DNA of 64,000 bases, from assembly GCF_006345805.1 (NCBI RefSeq), contig NC_043004.1, forward strand, positions 63,240,001-63,304,000, given 5' to 3'. This document shows, in pieces, positions 19,752 to 34,019 of the stretch (position 1 is the first letter of the stretch; the number at the start of each line of letters is the position of its first letter). This DNA comes from Octopus sinensis (taxonomy: Eukaryota). Below the pieces are notes generated by a model, which had not been told where the DNA came from, made no database searches, and saw only the letters and a list, made by a program, of their open reading frames with translations. The translations under genes were made by a program, and so were the position numbers.

Positions 19752-19828
19752 GTGGCTGTGTGGTAAGTAGTTTGCTTACCAACCGCATGGTTCCGGGTTT
19801 AGTCCCACTATGTGGCAATTTGGGCACT
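19752..19828 (+). mobile_element. tRNA-derived SINE 5' fragment
   Basis: GTGGCTGTGTGGTAAG (A-box-like)...GGTTCCGGGTTTAGTCCCAC (B-box-like); same family in reverse at 62770-62935. Confidence 0.7.
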
Positions 19829-19839
19829 TTCAACTTATA

Positions 19840-20640
19840 ATATTCGTCGGCAATGAGGATATAAATTACATTTCAATTCTCAGAAATAAATCCCACTTCA
19901 CCCCTACCAAAAGAATGTCAAACATTTAGACGCATAGAGAGAAACAATTTGGAAATTTCCCTTAAGTACCCGAATATGCAATCAAAAACTTCGTGAATAA
20001 AATGAGAAACCCTGTTAACACTGATGAATGACTATTCAGTTCTCCTAAAAGAAGCCGATAATGGAGGCGCGATAATGACCATGGACAATGACTTCTATAA
20101 ATATAAAATATTAGAAATTCTAATAGAGCAGACTTATTACAAGAAAGAACCAAGGAACGCGGAAGAAAGAAATAATGGATTAAATCAAAACAGTAATGAA
20201 TATCAAGAGTCCTTCACAGGAAGGAATTTCTTCGTATTACCCAACATCCACAAAAGCTCCGAAATACAGAGGGCCATAAATGATAAGAGGACCCAATAGA
20301 TAAACATACTAAGACTACTGACCTCAAACTCAGACCATTAATTGCTGGACCTCATGGCCCAACAAAACAGATGAGTCGTTTTTTGGACATACTTCTAAAA
20401 CCTGTATGCCCATTAATTCCCACCTATACACAGGGCGGCATAGATTTTCTCCAGCGCATTTTACCTACAGTCCCAGAGAGCACTATACATACAAGCTTTG
20501 ACATCGCCATTCTTCATACCAATATACCTCACGCTTTGAGCCTGGAAACAGTAAAACACTGGATAGAGAAACATAGAGTACGGATAAATGAATACTTCAA
20601 ACTGACTTCATCACCAAAGCCACATGTCTGGTACTAGAAA
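19840..20640 (+). mobile_element. Penelope-like element RT N-terminal fragment, decayed
   Basis: LLKEADNGGAIMTMD, FFVLPNIHKS, LRPLIAGP, SRFLDILLKP, SFDIAILHTNIPH motifs; inverted near-copy at 53530-54330. Confidence 0.85.
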
Positions 20641-20754
20641 GAAATATAATGTGCTTAGCAAAGGGGAATTTTAAAATCATATAATATATTATTATAACTG
20701 GAAGTGAAATAAGCAAAATAAAAATCTGCCAACAATTTCTAATGTACTACTGTT

Positions 20755-20789
<35 letters not shown>

Positions 20790-20791
<2 letters not shown>

Positions 20792-21000
20792 TTGTCCTCC
20801 ATCACTGCTTGATAATTGGTGCTGGTGTGTTTACTTCTCCATAACTTAGTGGTTCAGCAAAAGAGACCAATAGAATAGATACTAGGCTTTAAAAAAAAAT
20901 AAATAAATAAAATAAGTGCTGGTTTTGATTCGTTCCACTAAAAAATTCAAGGCGATGCCCCAACATGGCTATAGTCTAATGACTGAAACAGATAAAAGAA
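20790..21000 (+). mobile_element. SINE 3' portion (related fragment at ~18930-19085)
   Basis: GGTGTGTTTAC...CTTAGTGGTTCAGCAAAAGAGACC...AATGACTGAAACAGATAAAAG after a (TG)n tract. Confidence 0.55.
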
Positions 21001-22498
21001 AAAAAGGATTTCTTAAATTTTTTTGAATTCATATTTACACTAGTTTCATTGACTGAGACAGCTGAGCAGTTTAAAGAGTGTATGACAAGAATTAACTGAT
21101 GTTTTTGCCATTTTACCAGAATTATAGCACAAGTGAATCCAGTTCACAGAGTTTAATAATCATCATCATTATCTTCATCATCATCATATACAGTCAAGGA
21201 ATCCACAGTGGCTGACGTGTTTTCGCCGCTCCTGACCTGTCAGCGGCCAAAGACACAGAAGACACAGAATAACAAATACAACCCAGCAGGATTACTGATA
21301 AACAACTGTAATTACTGGAAGATCTACTACTTTCTGTGAGTAATTTGAATTTCCCTCAAAATAAGTTAAAGAATTCCAAACCTACAGTTTGGGACAAAAA
21401 TTTTAGAATCATAAATATCTCCATTTTTTGTGTGAACATTTTTCCGTCACCTCTTCCTTGAGTATCAGATTATGTAAAATGCCTTCATTGTAACAACACA
21501 ATTAAATGCACGCTAAAAGTATGACACCACAATTAAATGCACGCTAAATGTATGGACGTAAACACCAGCTAACCTTTATCTTCTTCTTGACATACCTTTT
21601 ATTGCAATCGCATTATTAAACACGTGGAGAATAAGGAGAAAAAAAAAGAAAAAGAAAAGAAAAAATACTATTTATAGTTTCGCTCTGCTCGTACATGACT
21701 CTATTCACAAATACTGTTTATAGTCGGCCCCTCCTTTGATTTTTCTCAAAGTCAAGGTCACTGTTTCACAAGTTCCATCAACACTACTGCGGTCAATTTG
21801 AACTCTATTTGACCGACCGTTCTTCATCTCACTTTATGAGCTATTACTACTGCTGCTATCAGAATTTACTGCAGTTACTACTATCGCTACAATTAGAAAC
21901 ATTCAAGTTGACGATGACACCGAAATGTCTTTCCCCGTGTCTGAATTATACCGGTGGCACCAACGAAAAATCCCTTTCTTTCTCTGTGCTGGGAGGAAAG
22001 AGAATTTACTATAAAAACAAACCCCCAGCCCCCCCTCCAACGTATAATTTACTTTAAAAAGAAATACTTTAAAAGGGAAAAACGTGAGAAAAAAAAGAAA
22101 AATTAATAATCTAATTTAACAATAGACAAAAACATGTGCCTTCTCGCACATAAACACAGTATTCACACATATACAAACACGCGCAGATGCAATTATTGAA
22201 GTACTAAATGGCACGTCAAATGATATTTAATCGTGTGGAACATGTTACATGCATATCAATATTCTAAAGTTGGACATACTATCCCTTATCCTAAAGCTGC
22301 TTCAGACAATTAGGAAGGGTTCCCGACTCGTGCACCGTCTGCTTTCAATCTTGGATTGTGATTCGGCTCAGCCCAAACTCTCTCAGATTTTGTCTGTTGT
22401 TGCCTACTCCTACAAGGATTGCACCTGTTTTTTGTTCCTGATTTAACCCCGATTTGTCCTAGAGCCCATAGAAGATTGTTTTTAGTCAACCATCCATC

Positions 22499-23961
22499 AT
22501 GTCAGCTACCTACGGATCGAAACTGAGATCTGCAAGAAGGGCTTCTCATCAAGATGATGGTCCTACCAATAGTCAGCTCAACGAGCAGTTGCTGTTGCTC
22601 AAACAAGAGGTTGAGCACCTAAAGTCTGTTGTTGCTCTCTTACTGAATAAACAGTCTCCTGTTGACGTAGAGTCACCCTTGATTTATTCCCTGGAGATGT
22701 CCAAACCGAAGGGAACAAAATCGAAACGGCCAAAGAAGGCGAAGGAACCGGCGGTCGTTTCTGCACATGATCGTTCCCGTGCGGATTCTTCCTCATCTGC
22801 CTTTTCGGTCCCGGAGGTTCCCCAACCTAATTTGAGGAGCGTAGACTCAAACCCACCTGAAGACCGTTGTTCTCCCCAAAAGAAGAAACGTCGTCAAAAC
22901 TCCAGTGGGGCGGATTTAGCTATGAAACCTGACCACGATAAACCGTCTCCTGTTGACGCAGAGTCACCCTTGATTTCTTCCCTGGAGACGTCCAAACCGA
23001 AGGGAACAAAATCGAAGCGGCCAAAGAAGGCGAAGGAACCGGCGGTCGTTCCTGCACATGATCGTTCCTGTGCGGATTCTTCCTCATCTGCCTTTTCGGT
23101 CCCGGAGGTTCCCCAACCTAGTTTGAGGAGCGTAGACTCAAACCCACCTGAAGACCGTTGTTCTCCCCAAAAGAAGAAACGTAGTCAAAACTCCAGAGGG
23201 GCAGATTTGGCTATGAAACCTGATCACGATAAAATCTGTTTGGATTCTCCTTCACTTGTCCTTCCCATTAATGCCATTACTCAACCAATTCTGAACGATC
23301 TCGATGTGAGTTCATCTGGGGAGTGGTGCTCCCCCAAACTGAAGAAGAGGCAGTGCAGTTCCAAACCAGGCGGGAAAATTATGACCACTAAATCCATTCC
23401 GATCGACCCCACATGCTGACATAAGTCCGATGGCTATGAAACCACCCTTTCGAAATCTTCCAATGAAGAATCGAATACCGCAGCTCATAGTAGAGCTCAT
23501 AGTAGAGCCCACTCAAGATCAGCAATAATATATGGCAAAGTTGAATCCACCTGTGATACAGGCATAAACCGCCTAAAAGATGACATTAATTTTGTTTCTA
23601 TTTTGGTTGGAGAATTGTTCTCTGTGAACGAAAATGTCAGTGTTCTTAAGGTCGCTCGGCTAGGAAGATTCCAAGCGAACCCAACCGCAGATACTAGACC
23701 ACGCCCAATAAGGGTAATCTTTTCTTCTGATCGGGAGGCTTCAGTCTTTCTGAACAGAGCTCAGACGCATGCCTGGGAGGACCCCAATATGGGTTTTCGC
23801 GAGGAATACTCACTAAGAGAGAGAATTCTCGGAGGAACCTGATATCCGAACTAAAGATGAGGAAACAAATGGGAGAGAAAGGTTTACGAATCCAAGATGG
23901 ACAGATAATCAAGTCCTACCTCTGGTCCCATGCTGTAGTGCTGACAGGGAAAGTGATGTGA
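22499..23961 (+). pseudogene. LINE ORF1, disrupted
   Basis: 306-aa ORF continues in the same frame past one TGA (23417-23419) through KVARLGR...RPRPIRVIF; after a 2-bp GA slip near 23820 it continues RRNLISELKMRKQMGEKGLRIQDGQII to TGA 23959-23961. Confidence 0.75.
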
Positions 23962-26846
23962 GGGCAAATCGAAGTGAAGTTGATACCCCCGTCAACGATG
24001 CTACCTCTGATGCCCTTTATTCTGCTTGTTCCCCAACTCCCGCCCCTCAGACTTCACAGCTCAGCATCGTCTACACCAACTCGTGCTCCTTATTCCCAAA
24101 GTTCAGTGAACTATTTACACTGGCCATACGTGACTCCCCTGATGTGATAGCTATCACCGAGACTTGGCTGACTCCAGCAGTAAAGGACTCAGAAATCCAC
24201 CTGCAGGGCTACGTCCTTTTCAGATGTGACAGAGGAAAAAGGCGAGGTGGAGGTGTTGCTGTGTGTGTTAAGTCTGAGCACAAACCGTCCTGCGGTATTC
24301 TACCCACAAATGCTCAACCTACAACAAAATTCGATGCCGTCTATTGCAAGCTGAGCCTATCTGAGTTTTGCCTGCCCGTGTTGGCTGTCTACAGGCCGCC
24401 TCTTGCCGACCCCCAGGACGATGCTCATCTACTCGAAGCGATAAGATTCGTTTCAGCTTCGCATGACTGCTTGGTACTAGGCGACTTCAACGCTCCCACG
24501 ATCGATTGGCCCGCATCAATTTGTACAACATCTTCCCGGTTCGGCCAGGCCCTTCTTGACGTGGCTGAAGATTGTTTTCTATCGCAACATGTTGAATATC
24601 CGACAATGCATCGGTCTGGGCAGCAGCCATCTATGCTAGATCTCGTATTCTCCCGCTATCCAAGATCAGTGTCAGACGTATCTGTGTGCGCCCCTCTTGC
24701 CAAGAGTGATCATGCGGTCCTGAAGTTCGTCATGCACACAACTTTTTCTACGCCCACGATTACTTCGCTGCCACGTAGAGTCTTCTCTGCAATTAATCTT
24801 GAAATTCTAACCGAGGCTTCCGCGCTTCTGGACTGGCGATCCCTGATGACGTTGTCCTCAGTTGACGAACTATGGTCATCCCTCAAAGCATATGTAATCT
24901 GTTTGACTGACCAGGCAGTTCCCGTTGGGCTTCCCAAGAGGAAGAAACACAAGCCCTGGGTGACGAAGAAGGTTAAACGAGAACGTCGACTCAGAGATAT
25001 TGCTTGGGCTGAATTCAAAAATCTGGATTCGACTGCAGCTTTTGAGATGTACAAAACTCAACGAGACCGAGCCGTGAAAATTGAAAAGAAAGAACGCTTC
25101 AGTTATGAATACAAAATCGCGGCAAATGCCAATAGCAATCCAAAAACCTTCTTTGCCCATGTCCAGCGGAATTCCCGCTTGAACAACCAGATTGCAACGT
25201 TGGTAGACTCAACAGGCGCATCGATTGAGGACCCTTATCAACAGAGTCAATTATTTGCCGAGGCTTTTTCAACTATTTTCAAACAAGATGATGGTCGTGA
25301 ACCCCCTCCATTTGATAGATCGGTACCTCCAATGCTTCGATTGGTCATCACGCGGGACGAAGTCAAACGTGTTATTCAAGGCCTCGATGTCAACAAGGGT
25401 CACGGCCCTGACGGCATACACCCACGGGTTATCAAAGCGTTGGCTCCGGTCATCTGCGAGCCCTTAACACGACTATTCAATATGTCATTGGCGACGGGTG
25501 TTATACATGCAGACTGGAAAACAGCGATAATCTGCCCAATTTTCAAGAAAGGGAGCCGCGAAGATCCGCTTAACTACCGACCGGTTTTCCGTACATCAAT
25601 AATCAGCAAGATGTTCGAAACCATCCTTAAGAAAAGTATGATGCTCCACCTCCTAAACACAGCCTCGATCACTGATTCCCAACACAGCTTCGTGCCGAAG
25701 AGATCATGCTTGACCAACTTACTAGTAATGGAAAAATTGGTGACGCGCATCCTCGATGATAGTGATGCTGTTGACATCGTTTTATTGGACTTTGCCAAAG
25801 CTTTTGACTCGGTAAACCACCGCCTACTACTTGTCAAGCTTCAAGCATATAGTTTCCATCCGGATATTGTACGATGGGTTGGTGCCATCCTCTCAGATCG
25901 CTCCTTCCATGTTCAAGTTAATGGTTCGCGGTCCGACGTCTCCAGTGCGTGCAGTGGCGTGCCTCAAGGTTCAGTGCTTGGGCCCTTGTTGTTCTTAGTC
26001 TTCATAAATGACTTGCCCGACGACCTCACGCAACACACCCTCCTATTTGCCGACGATATCAAACTGGTCGCTCCTCCCGGTAGTATAGAGGATCTTCGTC
26101 GATGCCTCCACCAAATTTGGAAGTGGTCTAACGATTGGGACCTGTGTCTGAACGTGTCAAAGTGCTGTCATCTGCCTGTCGGCTCTACTCCTGCAACTCA
26201 ACTTGATTTCGAGCCGGGTCGTCTGCTGCTGGAGTGGACCGATCAGGTAAAGGACCTGGGTATCTTGGTGGATTCCTCCTTTTCGCCTTCGGCCCAGCGC
26301 GTCCGTGCTGCCAACAAAGCGCGCGGAATTCTGTTTTTGATTCGACGGTCATTCGGAATGCTTACAGCAGCCATATTCCTACCACTCTATGTCACGCTGG
26401 TGAGACCCATATTGGAGTATGGGATTCAAGCCTCTTCTCCTTATCTCCTCAAAGACATACAGCATCTCGAAAGAGTCCAGAGGCTGGCTACCCGCATGGT
26501 TCATGGTCTCAAAAATTTGTCCTACGAAGAAAGACTGAGGACGCTCGACCTTTATTCTCTTGAAAAACGCCGCCGCCGTGGTGATCTCATTATCGCCCAC
26601 AACACCATAAGCGGGAAGTGTAACCTCTCGAAAGAGCTGTTCTTCACTCCTGCTCCGGAGCGTCGGCTGCGGGGTCATTCCGAAAAGCTCTACCTGCGAC
26701 GATTTCATCTCAATCGAAGGAGAGGAGCTTTCTCCGTCCGGGTTGCGTATCCGTGGAACAAGCTGCCAGACGAGATGGTGAAGATGCCGACGACCGCTTT
26801 GTTCAAAGCCTCCCTGGACCTCAAGTGGCCTGAACTCTTTACATGA
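23958..26846 (+). CDS. CR1-like ORF2: APE endonuclease plus reverse transcriptase (962 aa, open)
   Basis: APE: ITETWL, VYRPP, GDFN, SDH. RT: GPDGIHP, LDFAKAFDSV, GVPQGSVLGPLLF, FADD. CR1-type C-terminus RRRRGDLI...LRGHSEKL...WNKLP. Confidence 0.93.
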   Translation: MRANRSEVDTPVNDATSDALYSACSPTPAPQTSQLSIVYTNSCSLFPKFSELFTLAIRDSPDVIAITETWLTPAVKDSEIHLQGYVLFRCDRGKRRGGGVAVCVKSEHKPSCGILPTNAQPTTKFDAVYCKLSLSEFCLPVLAVYRPPLADPQDDAHLLEAIRFVSASHDCLVLGDFNAPTIDWPASICTTSSRFGQALLDVAEDCFLSQHVEYPTMHRSGQQPSMLDLVFSRYPRSVSDVSVCAPLAKSDHAVLKFVMHTTFSTPTITSLPRRVFSAINLEILTEASALLDWRSLMTLSSVDELWSSLKAYVICLTDQAVPVGLPKRKKHKPWVTKKVKRERRLRDIAWAEFKNLDSTAAFEMYKTQRDRAVKIEKKERFSYEYKIAANANSNPKTFFAHVQRNSRLNNQIATLVDSTGASIEDPYQQSQLFAEAFSTIFKQDDGREPPPFDRSVPPMLRLVITRDEVKRVIQGLDVNKGHGPDGIHPRVIKALAPVICEPLTRLFNMSLATGVIHADWKTAIICPIFKKGSREDPLNYRPVFRTSIISKMFETILKKSMMLHLLNTASITDSQHSFVPKRSCLTNLLVMEKLVTRILDDSDAVDIVLLDFAKAFDSVNHRLLLVKLQAYSFHPDIVRWVGAILSDRSFHVQVNGSRSDVSSACSGVPQGSVLGPLLFLVFINDLPDDLTQHTLLFADDIKLVAPPGSIEDLRRCLHQIWKWSNDWDLCLNVSKCCHLPVGSTPATQLDFEPGRLLLEWTDQVKDLGILVDSSFSPSAQRVRAANKARGILFLIRRSFGMLTAAIFLPLYVTLVRPILEYGIQASSPYLLKDIQHLERVQRLATRMVHGLKNLSYEERLRTLDLYSLEKRRRRGDLIIAHNTISGKCNLSKELFFTPAPERRLRGHSEKLYLRRFHLNRRRGAFSVRVAYPWNKLPDEMVKMPTTALFKASLDLKWPELFT

Positions 26847-27541
26847 ACACCACCCTGTACTTAACTCCATGTCCCCCTACATGGCCTTGCTATTTGCTTT
26901 TGAGCCAAATTAACTAACTAACTAATGCCAACTTTTAAAAAAGGAAAATCATCTTACAATACTTAGTCATATCAAAGGGACATGTAAATTAATTGGAACG
27001 TTCACTTCCAGTGGCCTAACTTGTACAAATTTAGTCTAAATACTATATATTTGTCATAAAATACAGTGTACATTTAAACACATAAGGAATCCACTCATGG
27101 GATTCAAAACTCTAGAAAGAACACCTAGGTTCTATAACCACAAAATTAGGAATAAAATTCGACAGGAACGAAATGAAAAAATTAAAACATTTTACCATCT
27201 ACTTTCCTGGACTAATTGGTTTCTGATTTTAGTTTAGCAAGTAAATACCATTTACCCGCTAGGTGAAATCATCCTCAATAGATACACATTGAGTTAAATA
27301 TATAAACACGAGGTGATCAAAACTATGCGCCTCTTGTTTATATATCCTAATTTTTTCAGAACCTACTGCGCAGACGTAGCCCTTCGCCGGCAGTAAAAAA
27401 AAGCCAACTTTTCAATCCCACGATTGGATTACTTATGTGTTTAAATGTACAGTGTATTTTATGATTAATACATAGTCTTTGGACTAAATTTTTACAGGTT
27501 AGGCCACTGAAAGTGAAAATTTTAATTAATTTCCATTTCCT

Positions 27542-27700
<159 letters not shown>

Positions 27701-28059
27701 TTTTCTGAATCTTCAGATTTTTAATATGCTAGGTCATTGGTTTTAAATCGATATTAAGTTAATATTCAATTTTTCACCCTTATTATTTAAATATATATAT
27801 ATATATATATATAAATATATATATAAAAATGCTTCTAAATGACTTGGGCTGTGTCTTGCAATGGTAGAGCATGACTGCGGATCAGGCAAATGAAGATTCT
27901 AACTTCTGTCTACAAGCTTAGATATTAGCAAGATTTTTTTCAGGAATTCAGACTCACATCTAAAGCTGCAGTTCATTACGCTACCGACATACGCGTTCAG
28001 TTCCGACATTCTCACCCACAAGAGAGAAATGGGAGGTGGAGTCCCTTAGGAAACCAACA

Positions 28060-28770
28060 GAAGAGTGGATTTTGTCCACAGAAATTCTAAAGCAAATAGA
28101 TTCCGCTTCTTCTACATAGTGAGAGAAGAGCCCTCCTGAAGACATCGAGAAGCTCTCTAACATTAACTCATCATCTGCAAAATCCTGTACTGTAATCTTA
28201 GTGTCATAAATACTCGGACCGGAATTCGATGTTCCACCATCCAGACAAGTATCCAGTCCATGCAGATATTGATCTTAGTTGGAGAATCTCCGATGGAATG
28301 CTCCGACGGAATGCAGATCCAAGTAAGAATTAGTCAGATGCTGACCGCAGTCCAAATTTCTTTAAGGCCACCATCGGCGCAACCATGCCATAGTTTTTCT
28401 GAACACATCCCTGTACATCAAGAAACTTATTGATGTCGACATAACCTTCAAGCATCTCCAAACAAATGTTTCGCATAAGTTCGATGAGTAATGAGAAAGA
28501 AAGTATCTGGTGAGTAGTTCATCTCTTTCGTGTAAATGCTGACTGCTGCCACTGCTGAAATAAGGGGCATGTAGATTGTTTTCTGTTGAGAACAATCGGG
28601 ACAAACTTCTTCCGTGAACGAAAATGAACACAAGTTTTGGAAAGTTGTTATAGTCGTGGTGTTCAGCACTAGATGAAGTCTATGATCCTTTTTCCGGAGA
28701 CTTTGCTAAAGGCCATAAGTCACATGGGCACAGCATCACGTAAGTATTGTCAAATGAAATATATATATAT
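28060..28770 (-). pseudogene. Diverged paralog of 180-980 and 2750-3550; possible coding remnant of unknown identity
   Basis: Shared blocks CTGAACACATCCCTGT, GTTCATCT(A/C)TTTCGTGTAAAT and ATTGTCAAATGAAATAT; AESICFRISVDKIHSSVGF vs AESICLKVSSDKIQSYVGF. Confidence 0.4.
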
Positions 28771-28848
28771 TCATAATACATGATCTTGAATAACGAGGAT
28801 ATATATTCTGAGAATGTCTTGTAAGTAATTCAATATCGAAACAGTCTA

Positions 28849-28890
<42 letters not shown>

Positions 28891-28893
<3 letters not shown>

Positions 28894-29340
28894 AGTTAGT
28901 TAGTTAGTTAGTTAGTTAGAATTCCGCGCGCTTTGTTGGCAGCACGGACGCGCTGGGCCGAAGGCGAAAAGGAGGAATCCACCAAGATACGCAGGTCCTT
29001 TACCTGATCGTTCCTCTCCAGCAGCAGACGACCCGGCTCGAAATCAAGTTGAGTTGCAGGAGTAGAGCCGACAGGCAGATGACAGCATTTTGACACGTTC
29101 AGACACAGGTCCCAATCGTTAGACCACTTCCAAATTTGGTGGAGGCATCGACGAAGATCCTCTATACTACCGCGAGGAGCGACCAGTTTGATATCGTCGG
29201 CAAATAGGAGGGTGTGTTGCATGAGGTCGTCGGGCAAATCATTTATGAAGACTAAGAACAACAAGGGCCCAAGCACTGAACCTTGAGGCACGCCACTGCA
29301 CGCACTGGAGACGTCGGACCGCGAACCATTAACTTGAACT
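28891..29340 (-). mobile_element. Internal RT fragment of the 22.3-26.9 kb CR1 family, ending in a (CTAA)n tail, inserted in (TA)n
   Basis: Near-identical to ~25913-26332; (GTTA)n at 28891-28918; (TA)n on both flanks. Confidence 0.9.
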
Positions 29341-29351
29341 ATATATATATG

Positions 29352-30260
29352 TTGTGTCTGTGGGATGGGTTGTGTTTGTAGTGTGGTTGTTTGAGCTAGT
29401 GTTTCAGGTGTTTGTAGCAGTGGTCGTGATACAGTATCTGTTTCGGTTGTATTTATCTTGCTGGCTTTATTTCCACTCTGCTGCTTGTGTAGCTGACGTT
29501 TGTTACTATTTGTCCATAGATTTGTTTTCCTTTTTGTGTTTTTTCGTTTTTTGGGGGGATAATTTCCATTGACATATTTAGCTTGACAGCCAGCTCGTCT
29601 CTGTCCACTAGCCTTTTTACTTCCCCTTCAGAGAAGTTCACTCGCTAAAGAGATGATCTGGTAGCACCAGCGAAGGAAACGCTTGTGTCCCTCAAAGCAT
29701 TGCACGGACCAGCCTCTAAACACCCTCATCGCTGCCATCGTTGCTGTTGCTGCTGCCGTTGTTGTAGTAATCTTTGCCATTGTTGCTGCTGTTGCTGCTG
29801 TTGATGGCCTCAACCTTCTCGGTTTCACTAAAATCCATTTGCATTGCTTTTGTCGTTAACCGCTTCCCTGTTCTTATCTCAGTACTGTTTTTGGTTGTAC
29901 TGGCTCGTTCTTAGTATGTTCTCTGCTTAACTTCGTACTGCAACTATTAGTGATGGTGAGAATAAAGTTACTTTTGTTTTTGTCTATCTCACTATTTTTG
30001 CTGCTATTTTTCTTGCTGCTACTAGCGATGGTGGTGGCGGATGTGGTGATGTTGACCCTGCTGATTTCCCGCGCTCTTTCATACTTCAGATCATTCTCAT
30101 TGTTGCTGCAGCTGCCATCGCTGACAGACTTCGTCGCATAGGGTAGAAGGTGAGATGGCGACGGAGGAAGAGGGAAATTTTCTTCACCTGAGGGATGGTT
30201 GGTGGGAGATACGGCCCCCTTCTCAATGCTGCGGTAATGACAGATAGTTAGGCCATTTTA
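29352..30260 (-). mobile_element. Low-complexity (Q/T/A/N-rich) segment, probably an L1/Tx1 ORF1 remnant
   Basis: Composition and TETDTVS...TLQTQP-like text resemble the ORF1 tails at 4300-4560 and 34100-34650; no diagnostic motif. Confidence 0.35.
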
Positions 30261-30472
30261 AATGTATGTTTGCTATGTTTCAAAATAGTTGAGCGTTTTA
30301 TGAAGGCAAAAATATTGCCCCTTACGAGGCAAAAACAACCACAGAGCACCAGGCAAGAGATTCCTGGTCTTCCAAACAACGAGTTGAAACAAACACTAAC
30401 CACAAAAAACAGTAATTATAACACACATTTACGTAGCGTCTTCGTAAAGATGTGCTTACAATTCCACAGCAA

Positions 30473-33260
<2,788 letters not shown>

Positions 33261-33264
33261 TGAT

Positions 33265-33335
33265 TATACACTTATAAAAATCAGCATTGCTTGGAACTAC
33301 AAGAATTGTTCGCAGTGTTCTCCAAGCATGTCCAG
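33265..33335 (+). mobile_element. Very short C-terminal fragment of an R4/Dong-like (RLE) retrotransposon
   Basis: HL*KSALLGTTRIVRSVL resembles the LQKxALLGTARIxRxVL terminus; lies directly after (TAA)n. Confidence 0.5.
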
Positions 33336-33419
33336 TTAACATATGTAACCTTAATCTGCTGGCTGAGATCAACTGACATTTTCCATCATACTCAGCAAAA
33401 TAAGCGGTGAGTTTTCATA

Positions 33420-33610
33420 TATGGAAGCACTCCGTCGGTTACGACGATGAGGGTTCCGGTTGATCCGAATCAATGGATCAGCCTGCTCGTGAAATTAACG
33501 TGTAAGTGGCTGAGCACTCCACAGACACGTGCACCCTTAACGTAGTTCTCGGGGATATTCAGCGTGACATAGAGAGTGACAAGGCCGGCCCCTTGAAATA
33601 CAGGTACAAC
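33420..33610 (+). mobile_element. Short interspersed repeat (SINE-like)
   Basis: GC-rich block ATGGAAGCACTCCGTCGGTTACGACG...GAAATACAGGTACAAC recalled as a cephalopod repeat; not verified. Confidence 0.4.
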
Positions 33611-33769
33611 TAGTTTTCATATAACAACGTCAACAACAATAATAATATACATTATTTATTTTATTTACATTCGACGATATTTGTCTTCATCTTGTTTGTT
33701 GTTGCTGTAACCTCAAGCTCAATAACCATCTGTTAAGCAACAACTAACCCCAAAGTATACTATCCACTG

Positions 33770-34005
33770 CAATTATGAAGAAGAGAGAGGATGAGGCCAA
33801 CAAACTTTCCACAGACTGTCTACTCTATGTGAAAGGCCTCTCCGAAAAGATACAAAAGACATGCGGCCCATATGGCATCAGGACAGTATTCAAGTGTAAT
33901 ACAACACTTCGCAAATATCTCCTTCGAGTAAAACCAACAATAGAAGAGAATATGATCAAAGGCTTTGTGTACTCCATCCGATGCAGCTATGGTAGGTTAT
34001 AGAAA
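33770..34005 (+). mobile_element. Penelope/Poseidon-type PLE fragment (RT thumb to start of GIY-YIG)
   Basis: LYVKGLSEKI...IRTVFKCNTTLRKYL...GFVYSIRCSYG. Confidence 0.75.
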
Positions 34006-34019
34006 GGGGTTGGGAACGG

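Larger units (their letters stand above)
22330..26925 (+). mobile_element. Near full-length CR1-like LINE (ORF1, ORF2, (CTAA)n tail)
   Basis: Two-ORF structure; tail TAACTAACTAACTAA at 26911-26925; 5' boundary approximate and no TSD identified. Confidence 0.88.

Noticed and set aside
23947-23953. GGGAAAG slippery heptamer at the ORF1/ORF2 overlap
   Set aside because: It is not in the codon phase needed for a -1 shift from the reconstructed ORF1 frame
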